Source: a virus
Lineage: Duplodnaviria > Caudoviricetes
Length of the DNA stretch: 40,548 nt
Virus record (IMG/VR): IMGVR_UViG_3300050162_000081
Span: 1 to 40,548 of that record
Direction: 5' to 3' (one strand)
Under the pieces are notes generated by a model. It was given only the letters and a program-made list of their open reading frames with translations. It was not told the origin of the DNA and searched no databases. The position numbers were made by a program, and so were the translations under genes. Positions 27,880 to 36,771 of the stretch are shown here, in pieces; the first letter of the stretch is position 1; every line of letters starts with the position of its first letter.

Positions 27880-27969
27880 ATGTTATTCTGGATATTCATC
27901 ACGTGGGTGCTCGTATCGATCCCCGCCGGTATCATTGTGGGTAAAACTATCAAACATTTAAATAATTGA
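27880..27969 (+). CDS. 29-aa single-TM peptide (not in track)
   Basis: RBS AAAGGT; MLFWIFITWVLVSIPAGIIVGK…. Confidence 0.55.
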   Translation: MLFWIFITWVLVSIPAGIIVGKTIKHLNN

Positions 27970-27979
27970 TAGGACCCCC

Positions 27980-28087
27980 GTGTACGACATTTTGTACTAT
28001 ATCGTGATCGTACTACTAGTACTATTCTCGATTCTCAGTGTAACGTTCTGCATCGCTCTTTATAAAATTTGGAAATGGATGAGCTAG
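27980..28087 (+). CDS. 35-aa single-TM peptide (not in track)
   Basis: RBS AGGA, GTG start; hydrophobic. Confidence 0.5.
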   Translation: MYDILYYIVIVLLVLFSILSVTFCIALYKIWKWMS

Positions 28088-28140
28088 CGAATTACCGCTA
28101 GCTCATATCCAAATATACACTCTTTTGTAAATAGGTATTT

Positions 28141-29337
28141 ATGAAAATAATTCTCAATCGAAATCATCATTTCACCCACAATTCTCGCTACCGAGTGAGT
28201 AAATTCATTCATGATCACATGCGTGCGCTTGCATTAGCTATCGTACTCTTGTTGAGCATGATCTTTCTTTTCGAAGGGGATCATAAAGCTAAGGGTGCTG
28301 TGGGATTCCATCTCAATCCTACACAGAAACATGAGCAGGAGCCTGTGAATCCTAAGCTCTTGGGAAATTATACCATGCTGGTAGACATGTCGTCTATCAG
28401 GGGTAGCACCAAACATCCCTCGAAGAAGATTGGTCATGCCTATGCTCATCTGGCTGGTATCAAACCAGTGGGACTGCGTCCATCGTTTGTCCCACAGAGT
28501 CATCAGATCAACTGGGCAGTGACTCTGGCCGAGGCATGGGATCGCAAGCTGGCCCGACCCAATGTTAGTCCTGCGGCGCGTAAATGGGCTGGTAAGATCG
28601 TCGCTAAGTACAGTGATAGTAAACGCGATACGAAATCAGCTGAGCAATATATTGCTCAGGTAGACAATATCGTCAAGCAGACTCATAATGAAATTAATTA
28701 TGGAGCGCTATGTACTACATTTAAGATCACTGAGTGTACTGCACTCTATACCACCATGGGACGGATTCGTGGTCGCAGTATCGCGGCCTATGGACTCAGC
28801 GAGAATTTTCCAAGTGATGATGGACAATTCAACTATCGCATGTTCGATATGATTCTCCAAAATGCGGGAGAAAATTATCTTCATTCCATCCCATCACAGG
28901 GTGATGATCTCTTGTCAACTGGACTGTTTCAATTCACAAGTCTAGCCATCAGGCGCGATAATTCTGGTAAATTGGGTGGGGCCAATATCGTTGATAACTT
29001 CGCTGGTAGGCGTCTACCTGGATCGGTTGTCAGACTGAGTACTCGGCAGGCTCACAAAGCAGCATTCGAATTGGCGACTTACAACATCGCTATGACCATG
29101 CGTGGACTCAATCACGTGGAAGCTGATAGACTGGCTCACAAATGCCCTGTGAGTGGTCTTACCGAAGTAATCGCAATCGGCCATCATCAACCGGCTCCCA
29201 CATGGGTGGCGGCTCGTAGGTGGGTTAAGAGTGGATGTAATAAGCCTCTCCAAAGCTTCTTGAATCCACATCTCAAAATTTACGCTCACAAGTCCGCAAG
29301 TAACTACACCGCTCTGGTTAACAACACATCTATCTGA
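28141..29337 (+). CDS. Membrane-anchored protein, possible lysozyme/transglycosylase-like fold
   Basis: TM near the N-terminus; STGLFQFT resembles the GL(M/F)Q motif. Function uncertain. Confidence 0.55.
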   Translation: MKIILNRNHHFTHNSRYRVSKFIHDHMRALALAIVLLLSMIFLFEGDHKAKGAVGFHLNPTQKHEQEPVNPKLLGNYTMLVDMSSIRGSTKHPSKKIGHAYAHLAGIKPVGLRPSFVPQSHQINWAVTLAEAWDRKLARPNVSPAARKWAGKIVAKYSDSKRDTKSAEQYIAQVDNIVKQTHNEINYGALCTTFKITECTALYTTMGRIRGRSIAAYGLSENFPSDDGQFNYRMFDMILQNAGENYLHSIPSQGDDLLSTGLFQFTSLAIRRDNSGKLGGANIVDNFAGRRLPGSVVRLSTRQAHKAAFELATYNIAMTMRGLNHVEADRLAHKCPVSGLTEVIAIGHHQPAPTWVAARRWVKSGCNKPLQSFLNPHLKIYAHKSASNYTALVNNTSI

Positions 29338-29348
29338 AGGTTCAGATT

Positions 29349-29966
29349 ATGAAAAACAAAACTCTCAAATTCATCCTCATTGTGATCCCAGCTCTTATCG
29401 TGGGTATCTTTGTGGGGTATGAATCTTTCAAAGTAGTCTCAGGAGTGGCCAAGATGATCACTCCTACTTTCGACACCAAATCATCCGACCCCATCGCCAA
29501 TGCGGTACTATCTATCTCGCACAAACAGAAAATAGTCGTCACTGACGTCAACATCCGAGCTGAGACTAAGTCTCAGCTCGCCTCCGATGTATGGGATGCT
29601 GCTGTAACGAGCTATACTACTGCCCGCGTTCAGATCTGGTTCGACCTTAGTAAGTTTAACCAATCGATGATCATCCGTGATGGTAAACACATTACCATCA
29701 GCATCCCTCATTCAGCGATCGAGAGTGAAGTAATCGTCACCGAAGAAAAACACACTCCCAATGGGAGCTGGTTGTTCTCGATGCGTCCTTCTGAAGCTAC
29801 CAAACTCGAAGATGTAAATCACACTCAGCTGACTAAGCAGCTCAATGATGACAAATCTAATTACATCACAGATGGGCATGTGCTGGTGGAATCTCGTGTC
29901 AAGGATATATTCGAAACTATCCTCAATGATCCGAGCTACACAGTAGTCGTAAACCACCAAGATTAA
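29349..29966 (+). CDS. DUF4230-like membrane-anchored protein
   Basis: N-terminal TM; ARVQIWFDLSK…ITISIPHSAI. Confidence 0.6.
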   Translation: MKNKTLKFILIVIPALIVGIFVGYESFKVVSGVAKMITPTFDTKSSDPIANAVLSISHKQKIVVTDVNIRAETKSQLASDVWDAAVTSYTTARVQIWFDLSKFNQSMIIRDGKHITISIPHSAIESEVIVTEEKHTPNGSWLFSMRPSEATKLEDVNHTQLTKQLNDDKSNYITDGHVLVESRVKDIFETILNDPSYTVVVNHQD

Positions 29967-29983
29967 TTTCCCTCATATGAAGC

Positions 29984-30009
29984 ATGGTAGGGGATCACTC
30001 CCCTACCAT
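29984..30009. terminator. Stem-loop (TCAC loop, GTGA on the minus strand)
   Basis: ATGGTAGGGGA-TCAC-TCCCCTACCAT. Confidence 0.5.
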
Positions 30010-30026
30010 CGATACGGAGATCACAT

Positions 30027-30224
30027 ATGACGCATCAAGACATTCTGATACTAACCCTTGCAGTTCTCGAATTCATCACTGGTTTTATGACATGTAAGCT
30101 CATGTACCGAAAGCGTGATAAACAAAAGAACATGACTACTCGGGTGAAACATTATTCGCCAGAGCAGGAACGACTCCACAATGAGCGCATGTTGATGCGC
30201 GCTAATGACCTAACACACTACTAA
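30027..30224 (+). CDS. Small single-TM protein
   Basis: RBS GGAG. Confidence 0.6.
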   Translation: MTHQDILILTLAVLEFITGFMTCKLMYRKRDKQKNMTTRVKHYSPEQERLHNERMLMRANDLTHY

Positions 30225-30236
30225 GGATATCTGATC

Positions 30237-30422
30237 ATGGCAAAACGGGTCAGAATCGTTAAAGGTCAACGGTGGCAATCTCGAACTGAGGATAAATCAG
30301 TTACTGTGGATGACGTCATGAGTAGCCGAGTCCATTTCCGAAAGGACTCTACTATCAACACAATAGAGCAACTCAATATTTCTATATTCGTATCTATGTA
30401 CGAATACTTACCTCACACATAA
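30237..30422 (+). CDS. Hypothetical protein
   Basis: RBS AAGGA. Confidence 0.6.
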   Translation: MAKRVRIVKGQRWQSRTEDKSVTVDDVMSSRVHFRKDSTINTIEQLNISIFVSMYEYLPHT

Positions 30423-30433
30423 ATAGGTGATTT

Positions 30434-30757
30434 ATGCAAATCAGTTTCAGGAATATTCTCTTGGTGTCTTGCGCCGCTATTTCCGTAGTGACGATCGGAC
30501 CACTAGTCACTGTGTTTGTGATGGGTAGTATCATCGCGGTCTACGTGATGGTGCCCAGCCGCACTGTGAAATGGTGTTGTGCTGGACTAGCAGCATCTAT
30601 CGTGGGACTACCAGCTCTGATGCTTTCTGGGGTCATCTGGGGAACTCTTAAAGCGCTGGAACGTCCTAAGGCTGTACCAGCGCCAGCTCCCACTCCGACT
30701 CATCGAGCTCGTGGTAACGGGGTGATCATCGAGGCCGAATGGGTAGAAATCAGGTAA
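30434..30757 (+). CDS. Membrane protein
   Basis: RBS AGGTG; hydrophobic segments. Confidence 0.6.
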   Translation: MQISFRNILLVSCAAISVVTIGPLVTVFVMGSIIAVYVMVPSRTVKWCCAGLAASIVGLPALMLSGVIWGTLKALERPKAVPAPAPTPTHRARGNGVIIEAEWVEIR

Positions 30758-30760
30758 CGA

Positions 30761-30810
30761 GATGGGGGCATGTGCCCCCATCCCTTATCTACTTTATTTT
30801 TTCTTTTTTT
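30761..30810 (+). terminator. Rho-independent terminator
   Basis: GATGGGGGC-ATGT-GCCCCCATC with a downstream T tract. Confidence 0.65.
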
Positions 30811-30862
30811 ACATAAAACCATAATACGATTATCATTCCTGATAGGAAGAAAGGTAAGTAAT

Positions 30863-31456
30863 GTGACTGAGCAGCCTACTGAAACAAAGACTATCGTCGA
30901 TTCCAAACTATTCGAGTTAGCTAGTACTACTCGACTACTAGAACATCTCACTCCCAACTTTGACACACTACTTAAGACGGAAGTGTTCTTGGATAACGAA
31001 TATCCTAGGACTACTGAAGATAGCGATGATACTCGTATCTTCATGGTCTATACTTCAGCTAAAGGTAATCCTATCTTCACGCTCATGCGAGATAAGACGA
31101 GACTAGCTTCTACCTTCGATGTCGATAGCCAGCTAGCTGCTTATCAGGAGGCTGTCTTTGATCCAGAGACCCTACCTACCGCTGACCCAGTAGAACTCAT
31201 CAATGGTACGCTCATAGCGTCTCTGGAGTATCTCTCACTGGTAGTCTTGGGTATCGAAGAAGAAGGTGGTGACAATCTCACCATCGCTAAACATCTCATC
31301 CCAGCCATCACATCGATTGTGTTTAATGATCCACTTGATGTCTTTATGAATGTGAGTGAAGTGGTTAATCAGGACACTGGTGAATCATATCCTCATCTCA
31401 CTGCTGTATGGGCCGTTAAATCCAGGCCAGTCACTGAAGTGTCAGATGAATCCTGA
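30863..31456 (+). CDS. Acidic hypothetical protein
   Basis: RBS AAAGGT before GTG 30863; the track start runs through the terminator. Confidence 0.65.
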   Translation: MTEQPTETKTIVDSKLFELASTTRLLEHLTPNFDTLLKTEVFLDNEYPRTTEDSDDTRIFMVYTSAKGNPIFTLMRDKTRLASTFDVDSQLAAYQEAVFDPETLPTADPVELINGTLIASLEYLSLVVLGIEEEGGDNLTIAKHLIPAITSIVFNDPLDVFMNVSEVVNQDTGESYPHLTAVWAVKSRPVTEVSDES

Positions 31457-31790
31457 AGATGCTAAAGTAGGTCTAGTAGTATCGGCTATAGCAGTAGGAG
31501 CATATGTTCTAGGATGGTTAATTAGTAGTGTCTGTAAAACCGTTATTACAAAGACTATTCATAATAACAATGTCGCTGATCTTACTGAACAAGGTTATGA
31601 GATATCAAAAGGCGAATGTCAGGGCAAAGAATACTTTGACGTGGGGATATTAAAACCAGTCAATGCGCACAGAAGAGTGGGATATCTCAATCCAGACGGG
31701 AAACAATTGGATAGTCCTTTTTACTTTTCCAATATAGAAGATGCTCGACGAGCTGTTTGGTGCGCTAGAAAACAAAAACTTAAAACGTGA
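31446..31790 (+). CDS. Membrane-anchored hypothetical protein
   Basis: ATG 31446 overlaps the upstream gene; TM segment. Confidence 0.6.
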   Translation: MNPEDAKVGLVVSAIAVGAYVLGWLISSVCKTVITKTIHNNNVADLTEQGYEISKGECQGKEYFDVGILKPVNAHRRVGYLNPDGKQLDSPFYFSNIEDARRAVWCARKQKLKT

Positions 31791-31798
31791 GTGATAAG

Positions 31799-31822
31799 GA
31801 TAGGGGGCGTATGCCCCCTATC
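31799..31822. terminator. Stem-loop between convergent genes
   Basis: GATAGGGGGC-GTAT-GCCCCCTATC. Confidence 0.65.
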
Positions 31823-31832
31823 ACATCTGTGA

Positions 31833-32636
31833 TTATAATGCGTGATAAATGAGTTTACTAATCGTCCTAGGATCATATCGTAAAGCGCCAGTCAGTCTGC
31901 GCAGACAGTCGTCATACTGCTCCGCCTTTTGAGTATAGTCGTTTACGATATCCTTGATGACGCCGATCTCTAGTCCAGCTACGACTTCAGTCTCATCGAT
32001 AGGTACCCGTAACTTAGTAGCGATATAGCGCTGTGTCGCACATAGACATAATCTACGTAGTGCTAGAATACCAGACTGATTCATATTTAGGAATTCAGAA
32101 TCATACTCTAACATTACGCTCACAGCGACAGCGCTGACTATCTGTCTAGGATAGAACCTAATGATGTTTGTGCCCTCTAGTGTAACTTGAGGGGTGAGAT
32201 AGGTCTGACTCATCGAATGCGTATTAAGCATCTGAGATAGCATCCCAGTGGCGTTATTACCGAATGATCCATCGAAGCCAGTACCTGGTGAGTTTATACC
32301 TACAGATGGTACTATTCCGATCACGGATGAGATGTTTCTACCTTCTCTAGCTTCAGGAGGTACCTTGTAGAATGATCCCTGGATACCAGTACCTACTAGG
32401 TCATATTGATTCTCGTCGTCCAGCTGCATTTCCCAGTTAGAGTTGATAAAGATATCGCGTCGTTTACCACCCACTAGGTTAGTATCTAAGAGGATGGGTC
32501 CTTCGATGATCTCTGAGATAATACGTTGTTCTACAGTGGTATTGTATTTATTTGGTTGGAAGCTGAGCTCCAAAATTTCTCTAGGTACGCTAGATTTTAT
32601 AAATGAGATAATGTAAGACATAGTCGATTGAGGCAT
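31833..32636 (-). CDS. Conserved phiKZ-like protein, probable virion structural protein
   Basis: VPREILELSF…EQRIISEIIEGPILLDTNLVGG resembles a phiKZ-like core family as I recall it. Only convincing minus-strand gene. Confidence 0.65.
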   Translation of the reverse strand: MPQSTMSYIISFIKSSVPREILELSFQPNKYNTTVEQRIISEIIEGPILLDTNLVGGKRRDIFINSNWEMQLDDENQYDLVGTGIQGSFYKVPPEAREGRNISSVIGIVPSVGINSPGTGFDGSFGNNATGMLSQMLNTHSMSQTYLTPQVTLEGTNIIRFYPRQIVSAVAVSVMLEYDSEFLNMNQSGILALRRLCLCATQRYIATKLRVPIDETEVVAGLEIGVIKDIVNDYTQKAEQYDDCLRRLTGALRYDPRTISKLIYHAL

Positions 32637-32715
32637 GTTAAAAGCCTTTCTAAATACAGAGTTCAATTGATCATACGATTGGATAGGGGTGCTTCGATCA
32701 TTAAAATCGAAACCC

Positions 32716-32723
32716 TATATTAC
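32716..32723 (+). promoter_or_regulatory. phiKZ-type early promoter motif TATATTAC
   Basis: Exact match in the divergent intergenic region. Confidence 0.65.
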
Positions 32724-32754
32724 TAGTTCGAATTAACGATATGAGGATTTCAAC

Positions 32755-33333
32755 ATGGTAGATATGGTTGAAACTAAATTTAAATTACAAAACACAATCA
32801 ATCCTAATAAGTTTATTGATTTATCTGGACTAGTAACCGGACTTAGTATGGACTATCAGCGCTCCACCAGTGAGGCTTCGCTTAATATAAGTATATACGC
32901 TAAGATACCAGATGAGTTGATTAATGTATTCAGGCATATCAATCGTGATCCGAATCCATGGGTTATTATTTCTGAAGACTTCGAACTTGGTCCAAATTGT
33001 TTTGTGCGGAAAATAGGTCCAGATTCACTGTTTGTAAAACCACTCAGTATGAATTTAATGAGTACTTTATATAGACAATGTGCTTCTTACGATACCGTGT
33101 CATTTGAGATAGCCTCATGGGATGGTATCAATCAGTCTTACAGACTACTACATGATCACATCCGAACACTGGATGGAAGTTACGACGATGATGTTCGTAT
33201 AACCTCTCTTACAGATGGTAAGAGTGCAGAAATTCATCCTGATGGATCGGTGATTATTTTCACCAAAGATAAAAGTAGTTCATACCGCACCAATGTGAAT
33301 GAAATTATCGAACTTTTAGCTAAGGGGATATGA
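32755..33333 (+). CDS. Hypothetical protein
   Basis: RBS GAGGA; 192 aa. Confidence 0.65.
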   Translation: MVDMVETKFKLQNTINPNKFIDLSGLVTGLSMDYQRSTSEASLNISIYAKIPDELINVFRHINRDPNPWVIISEDFELGPNCFVRKIGPDSLFVKPLSMNLMSTLYRQCASYDTVSFEIASWDGINQSYRLLHDHIRTLDGSYDDDVRITSLTDGKSAEIHPDGSVIIFTKDKSSSYRTNVNEIIELLAKGI

Positions 33334-33334
33334 G

Positions 33335-33433
33335 TTGCCGTTAATAGAATTAGTGACGCATGACATGTTCGTCCTCGAGAATTTGGTAGACTATTACGTA
33401 AATCCCGTAATAGTTGACATAGTTTATTTATGA
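33335..33433 (+). pseudogene. Truncated 5' copy (32 aa) of the macrodomain gene at 34289
   Basis: TTG start after AAGGGGA; (M)PLIELVTHDMFVLENLVDYYVNPV-IVDIVYL*; 14/25 identical, ungapped, to MPLFEIITSDMFQCSDVVDLYINPV. Its TGA overlaps the HNH ATG. Confidence 0.8.
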
Positions 33434-34302
33434 CCGAAGAACAACGTTGTCTAACATGTAGTAGTGAGAAGATAAGATATTCATCAGGTAGATTACGATG
33501 TCGAATATGTGAGCGCAGGTACGATCGCTTATCATACGTAAGAAACCGAGAACAGCGGCTTATAAAACGTAAAAAAGAATACGACAAAGCCGATAAATCT
33601 AGACTACTTGAGTTAAAAAGAAATTGGTACAAAAGACAGCATTACCTAAGAAATACCTGGGTGGGTATAAATAATAGGTGTTATAACCCATCTAACGAAA
33701 GTTATAATTTTTATGGTGGACGAGGTATTGCCGTACACGAACCATGGATAATGAAACGAGGTAAGACTCACGATATAAGAGACCAGAATATAGTAATACT
33801 TGATAGGTTTGTTTCGTGGGTAGAAGAGAATTTAGGAGATAGACCGGCAGCATGCTCTTTGGATCGTATAAACAACAGTGGTAATTATGAACCTGGAAAT
33901 TTACGTTGGGCAACTGCTGAGCAGCAGGCCAATAACACTAGGAGAAATGTGAAATATAAGAAATCTATATCGGAATACCAATTAATTGATACTCCGACTG
34001 GAACATGTGCTATATTGAGTTTAGCAGAAAAAACAGGTATATTTACAAAAGTCTTAACTTCTAGAGCCGCTAGATTTTCAGATTACAATTATCTTGTAAA
34101 CGATCCAAAAATACTCTCACGAAAACATCTCTATAAAAACAATCTATACTCCACAGATGAAATCTGTTATATAAATGGATGTTCATATGACGTGGTAAGA
34201 AGCAGATTTCGATACGGATGGACCGTTGAAGAAGTAATCGAAACTAATCTAATGCCGAGAGGCAATAATACTAATTGGAGAAATACCAATGCCTCTATTT
34301 GA
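33430..34302 (+). CDS. HNH homing endonuclease inserted in the macrodomain gene
   Basis: N-terminal CxxC…CxxC; YGGRGI; SLDRINNSGNYEPGNLRWAT. Confidence 0.88.
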   Translation: MTEEQRCLTCSSEKIRYSSGRLRCRICERRYDRLSYVRNREQRLIKRKKEYDKADKSRLLELKRNWYKRQHYLRNTWVGINNRCYNPSNESYNFYGGRGIAVHEPWIMKRGKTHDIRDQNIVILDRFVSWVEENLGDRPAACSLDRINNSGNYEPGNLRWATAEQQANNTRRNVKYKKSISEYQLIDTPTGTCAILSLAEKTGIFTKVLTSRAARFSDYNYLVNDPKILSRKHLYKNNLYSTDEICYINGCSYDVVRSRFRYGWTVEEVIETNLMPRGNNTNWRNTNASI

Positions 34303-35263
34303 GATAATAACAAGTGATATGTTTCAGTGCTCAGATGTCGTAGATTTATATATTAACCCCGTAAACACGATGTCTACCCCAGGGTCAGTGGGCCTCGCTA
34401 CAGTATTCCGAGATAAAGTACCTAGTTACATTCCACAATACAAAGAGGCCTGTCGTACTAAAGAATTACGGATGGGTACTCTACAGGTCATCGAAGATAC
34501 CAATCAGTCTTGGGGTATGGTGAATCTACCTGTTAAAGAACACTATGGTAATCACTCCGAACCTAGTGATATCAGTAGGAGTTTAGAAGCACTTAGAAAT
34601 CTACTCAAAGAAACCACATATCGATATAGTACTATCTGTCTACCCATGTTGACAGTAGGTATGGGACCAAAAGATTATGAGATAGTTTACCCTCCCATGA
34701 TAGATCATCTCAGTGACTTAGATGCGACGGTGTTTCTATCTATGCACCCTGACAAGACTGAATCTAGACCTAAATATCTGACTATTATCGGTCCCGAAGA
34801 TTATGGGTTAAATAAGATCGAAACTGATAGTATCGATTGGGTAATCGATAAAGCTATGGAGTCTTGGGGGACTAGTCTATCAGACTACACTGGAATCATC
34901 TCAGGAGGTCATACCGGAGTCGATCGGTATATCGGCGGTAATGATTACCTAAAAGATATCGAAGCCACGTACGTCTATCGTAAGACGAATAAACCATGCT
35001 TAGTAATTAAACCTAATGAAATCAGAAATGGCTCTAGAGCTAATGTCACACATGGTGAGTTACTCTGTGAAATCGCTAGCGACATCATTATGTTTAAACC
35101 GAACAATCACAATAACAATCGCATGACCGCAATGCAGCTGTATATCGAAGAGCAAAAAGAAAAGAGAGAGGCGCTGGGACTACCTCCTAGACGAGTAGCT
35201 ATCTTCGGTGATAAATCCACCAGTCTGTATAACACTAATATCAAGATATCTGTAAGGGAATAA
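34289..35263 (+). CDS. Macrodomain (DarG/Poa1p-like) fused to a SLOG/YspA-like domain
   Basis: DMF…INPVNT…GLATVF…NLPVKEHY…LPMLTVGMG; C-terminal IISGGHTGVD…EIASDIIMF. Confidence 0.7.
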   Translation: MPLFEIITSDMFQCSDVVDLYINPVNTMSTPGSVGLATVFRDKVPSYIPQYKEACRTKELRMGTLQVIEDTNQSWGMVNLPVKEHYGNHSEPSDISRSLEALRNLLKETTYRYSTICLPMLTVGMGPKDYEIVYPPMIDHLSDLDATVFLSMHPDKTESRPKYLTIIGPEDYGLNKIETDSIDWVIDKAMESWGTSLSDYTGIISGGHTGVDRYIGGNDYLKDIEATYVYRKTNKPCLVIKPNEIRNGSRANVTHGELLCEIASDIIMFKPNNHNNNRMTAMQLYIEEQKEKREALGLPPRRVAIFGDKSTSLYNTNIKISVRE

Positions 35264-35739
35264 TGACTATGTCGATTCCTAATTATAGCTTAGTGATTAT
35301 TAAACACTTATCGATAGGTAGAGGACATGGACCATTTATCTTATCTGATATACTGCGTAAGGCTCCTGTGTCCCTCAGGATGTTTCGTCACTGGAAGATA
35401 TGTGATACATCCTTAAAAGCTTTGTGTACAAATACTAGAGCATGTGATACTTACTTGAGCTACAATCTAGAATCAGATAGTGGTATGAGTCTTAGACCCA
35501 GTTGGATATGTTTGTTTACACACTTAGATAGGTCATCCGATCCACATCCTATTTTGGATGATGTATTGGGTAGATATGACGGTTATCACCCTCGATCCGC
35601 TTTTGGGATCAGGCACAACTACTGTCCTACTACCAACACTGTACACAACTGCGATACAGTGGTACATCTCACTGATCCACTCAGAAATGAATATGAAGCT
35701 AGTATTTTATTCAAAGACTTTAAGGAGGCGGATATATGA
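35263..35739 (+). CDS. Hypothetical protein
   Basis: TAATG overlap. Confidence 0.6.
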   Translation: MTMSIPNYSLVIIKHLSIGRGHGPFILSDILRKAPVSLRMFRHWKICDTSLKALCTNTRACDTYLSYNLESDSGMSLRPSWICLFTHLDRSSDPHPILDDVLGRYDGYHPRSAFGIRHNYCPTTNTVHNCDTVVHLTDPLRNEYEASILFKDFKEADI

Positions 35740-36008
35740 CTACTCGATTATGCATAGATTGCAAATACTCAGATGCATCGCTGAAATGCAATAGACCTTT
35801 GACTGACCACATATCTCCAGTGACTGGGTCCCTAGATCAGCTAGTGAATACATGGTGTGTCAAAGAGCGTAGTAGTACTCATACATTATTCAGAACCAGA
35901 GAACGTTGTGGGCCAGATGGAATCTTCTTTGAAAAAGCAGATCATCGAATCGTATCTGAGTCCAAGCCATCGATAATTACTCATATACTAAAAAGTCTAG
36001 TATCATGA
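35736..36008 (+). CDS. Cys-rich protein (CxxC…C…C…CGPDG..FE)
   Basis: RBS AAGGAGG; paralogue of the 19442 ORF. Confidence 0.65.
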   Translation: MTTRLCIDCKYSDASLKCNRPLTDHISPVTGSLDQLVNTWCVKERSSTHTLFRTRERCGPDGIFFEKADHRIVSESKPSIITHILKSLVS

Positions 36009-36193
36009 GACGCTGGTATCTTAGTAAATGGTTCTTTGTTGGATTGGCTAGCGTGGTGATGATAGTACTAGTGTATATAACCAACGCATTCAAAGAGCAT
36101 TATCGATACGACATAGCTAGTATACTGGATATATTCACATATACTCTAGTATTCAGTGTGATGGCTATACTAGTCATATGGGATGATTTATAA
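36005..36193 (+). CDS. Small two-TM membrane protein
   Basis: ATGA overlap; hydrophobic. Confidence 0.6.
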   Translation: MRRWYLSKWFFVGLASVVMIVLVYITNAFKEHYRYDIASILDIFTYTLVFSVMAILVIWDDL

Positions 36194-36202
36194 GGAGGTC
36201 GT

Positions 36203-36382
36203 ATGACTAGGTCATTAATTATCATGTGGTTTGTATTTAGCGCGTTCTTTGCTTTTTCAGCTATGACTGGTATGTTGTTTTTATATACTCAACCCAGTGT
36301 GTTTAAATTCACAATTGTGTCCTTAATATCTATTACATTTGGTTTTATCAGCACATATGTACTCAATAGGAAACACAGATGA
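36203..36382 (+). CDS. Small two-TM membrane protein (59 aa, not in track)
   Basis: RBS AAGGAGG; MTRSLIIMWFVFSAFF…. Confidence 0.6.
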   Translation: MTRSLIIMWFVFSAFFAFSAMTGMLFLYTQPSVFKFTIVSLISITFGFISTYVLNRKHR

Positions 36383-36771
36383 CCAAACGCGAAGAAGTAG
36401 TGGCGCTTATCATCAATGCTAAGTGTGTCACAAAAGAACTCATGAACGAAGCTTACTTCCAGATATATGGTGATAAGTGGACTACAAAGACCCTTATGTC
36501 TCCAGATGAGTTTACTAGTAAGTGGGATAGATATCAACATCTGTTGGCTAATCACTGTTATGAACAAGCAGCATTGTCAGTACTACCCATAAATGAATAT
36601 ATGGACGGTATACGTGAAAAAGTACATTTTGGTATCAGATATACCGATGATAAATATACTGTAATGATCGGGTCAGGTAGGGTAGTGGTTGCAAGCCATT
36701 CTGATCTTACTTGTGCTATTCTTCTAGGTACACTAAGTTATCTTGATGCGTCGACTATGAGACATGTATGA
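36379..36771 (+). CDS. Hypothetical protein
   Basis: ATGA overlap. Confidence 0.6.
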   Translation: MTKREEVVALIINAKCVTKELMNEAYFQIYGDKWTTKTLMSPDEFTSKWDRYQHLLANHCYEQAALSVLPINEYMDGIREKVHFGIRYTDDKYTVMIGSGRVVVASHSDLTCAILLGTLSYLDASTMRHV

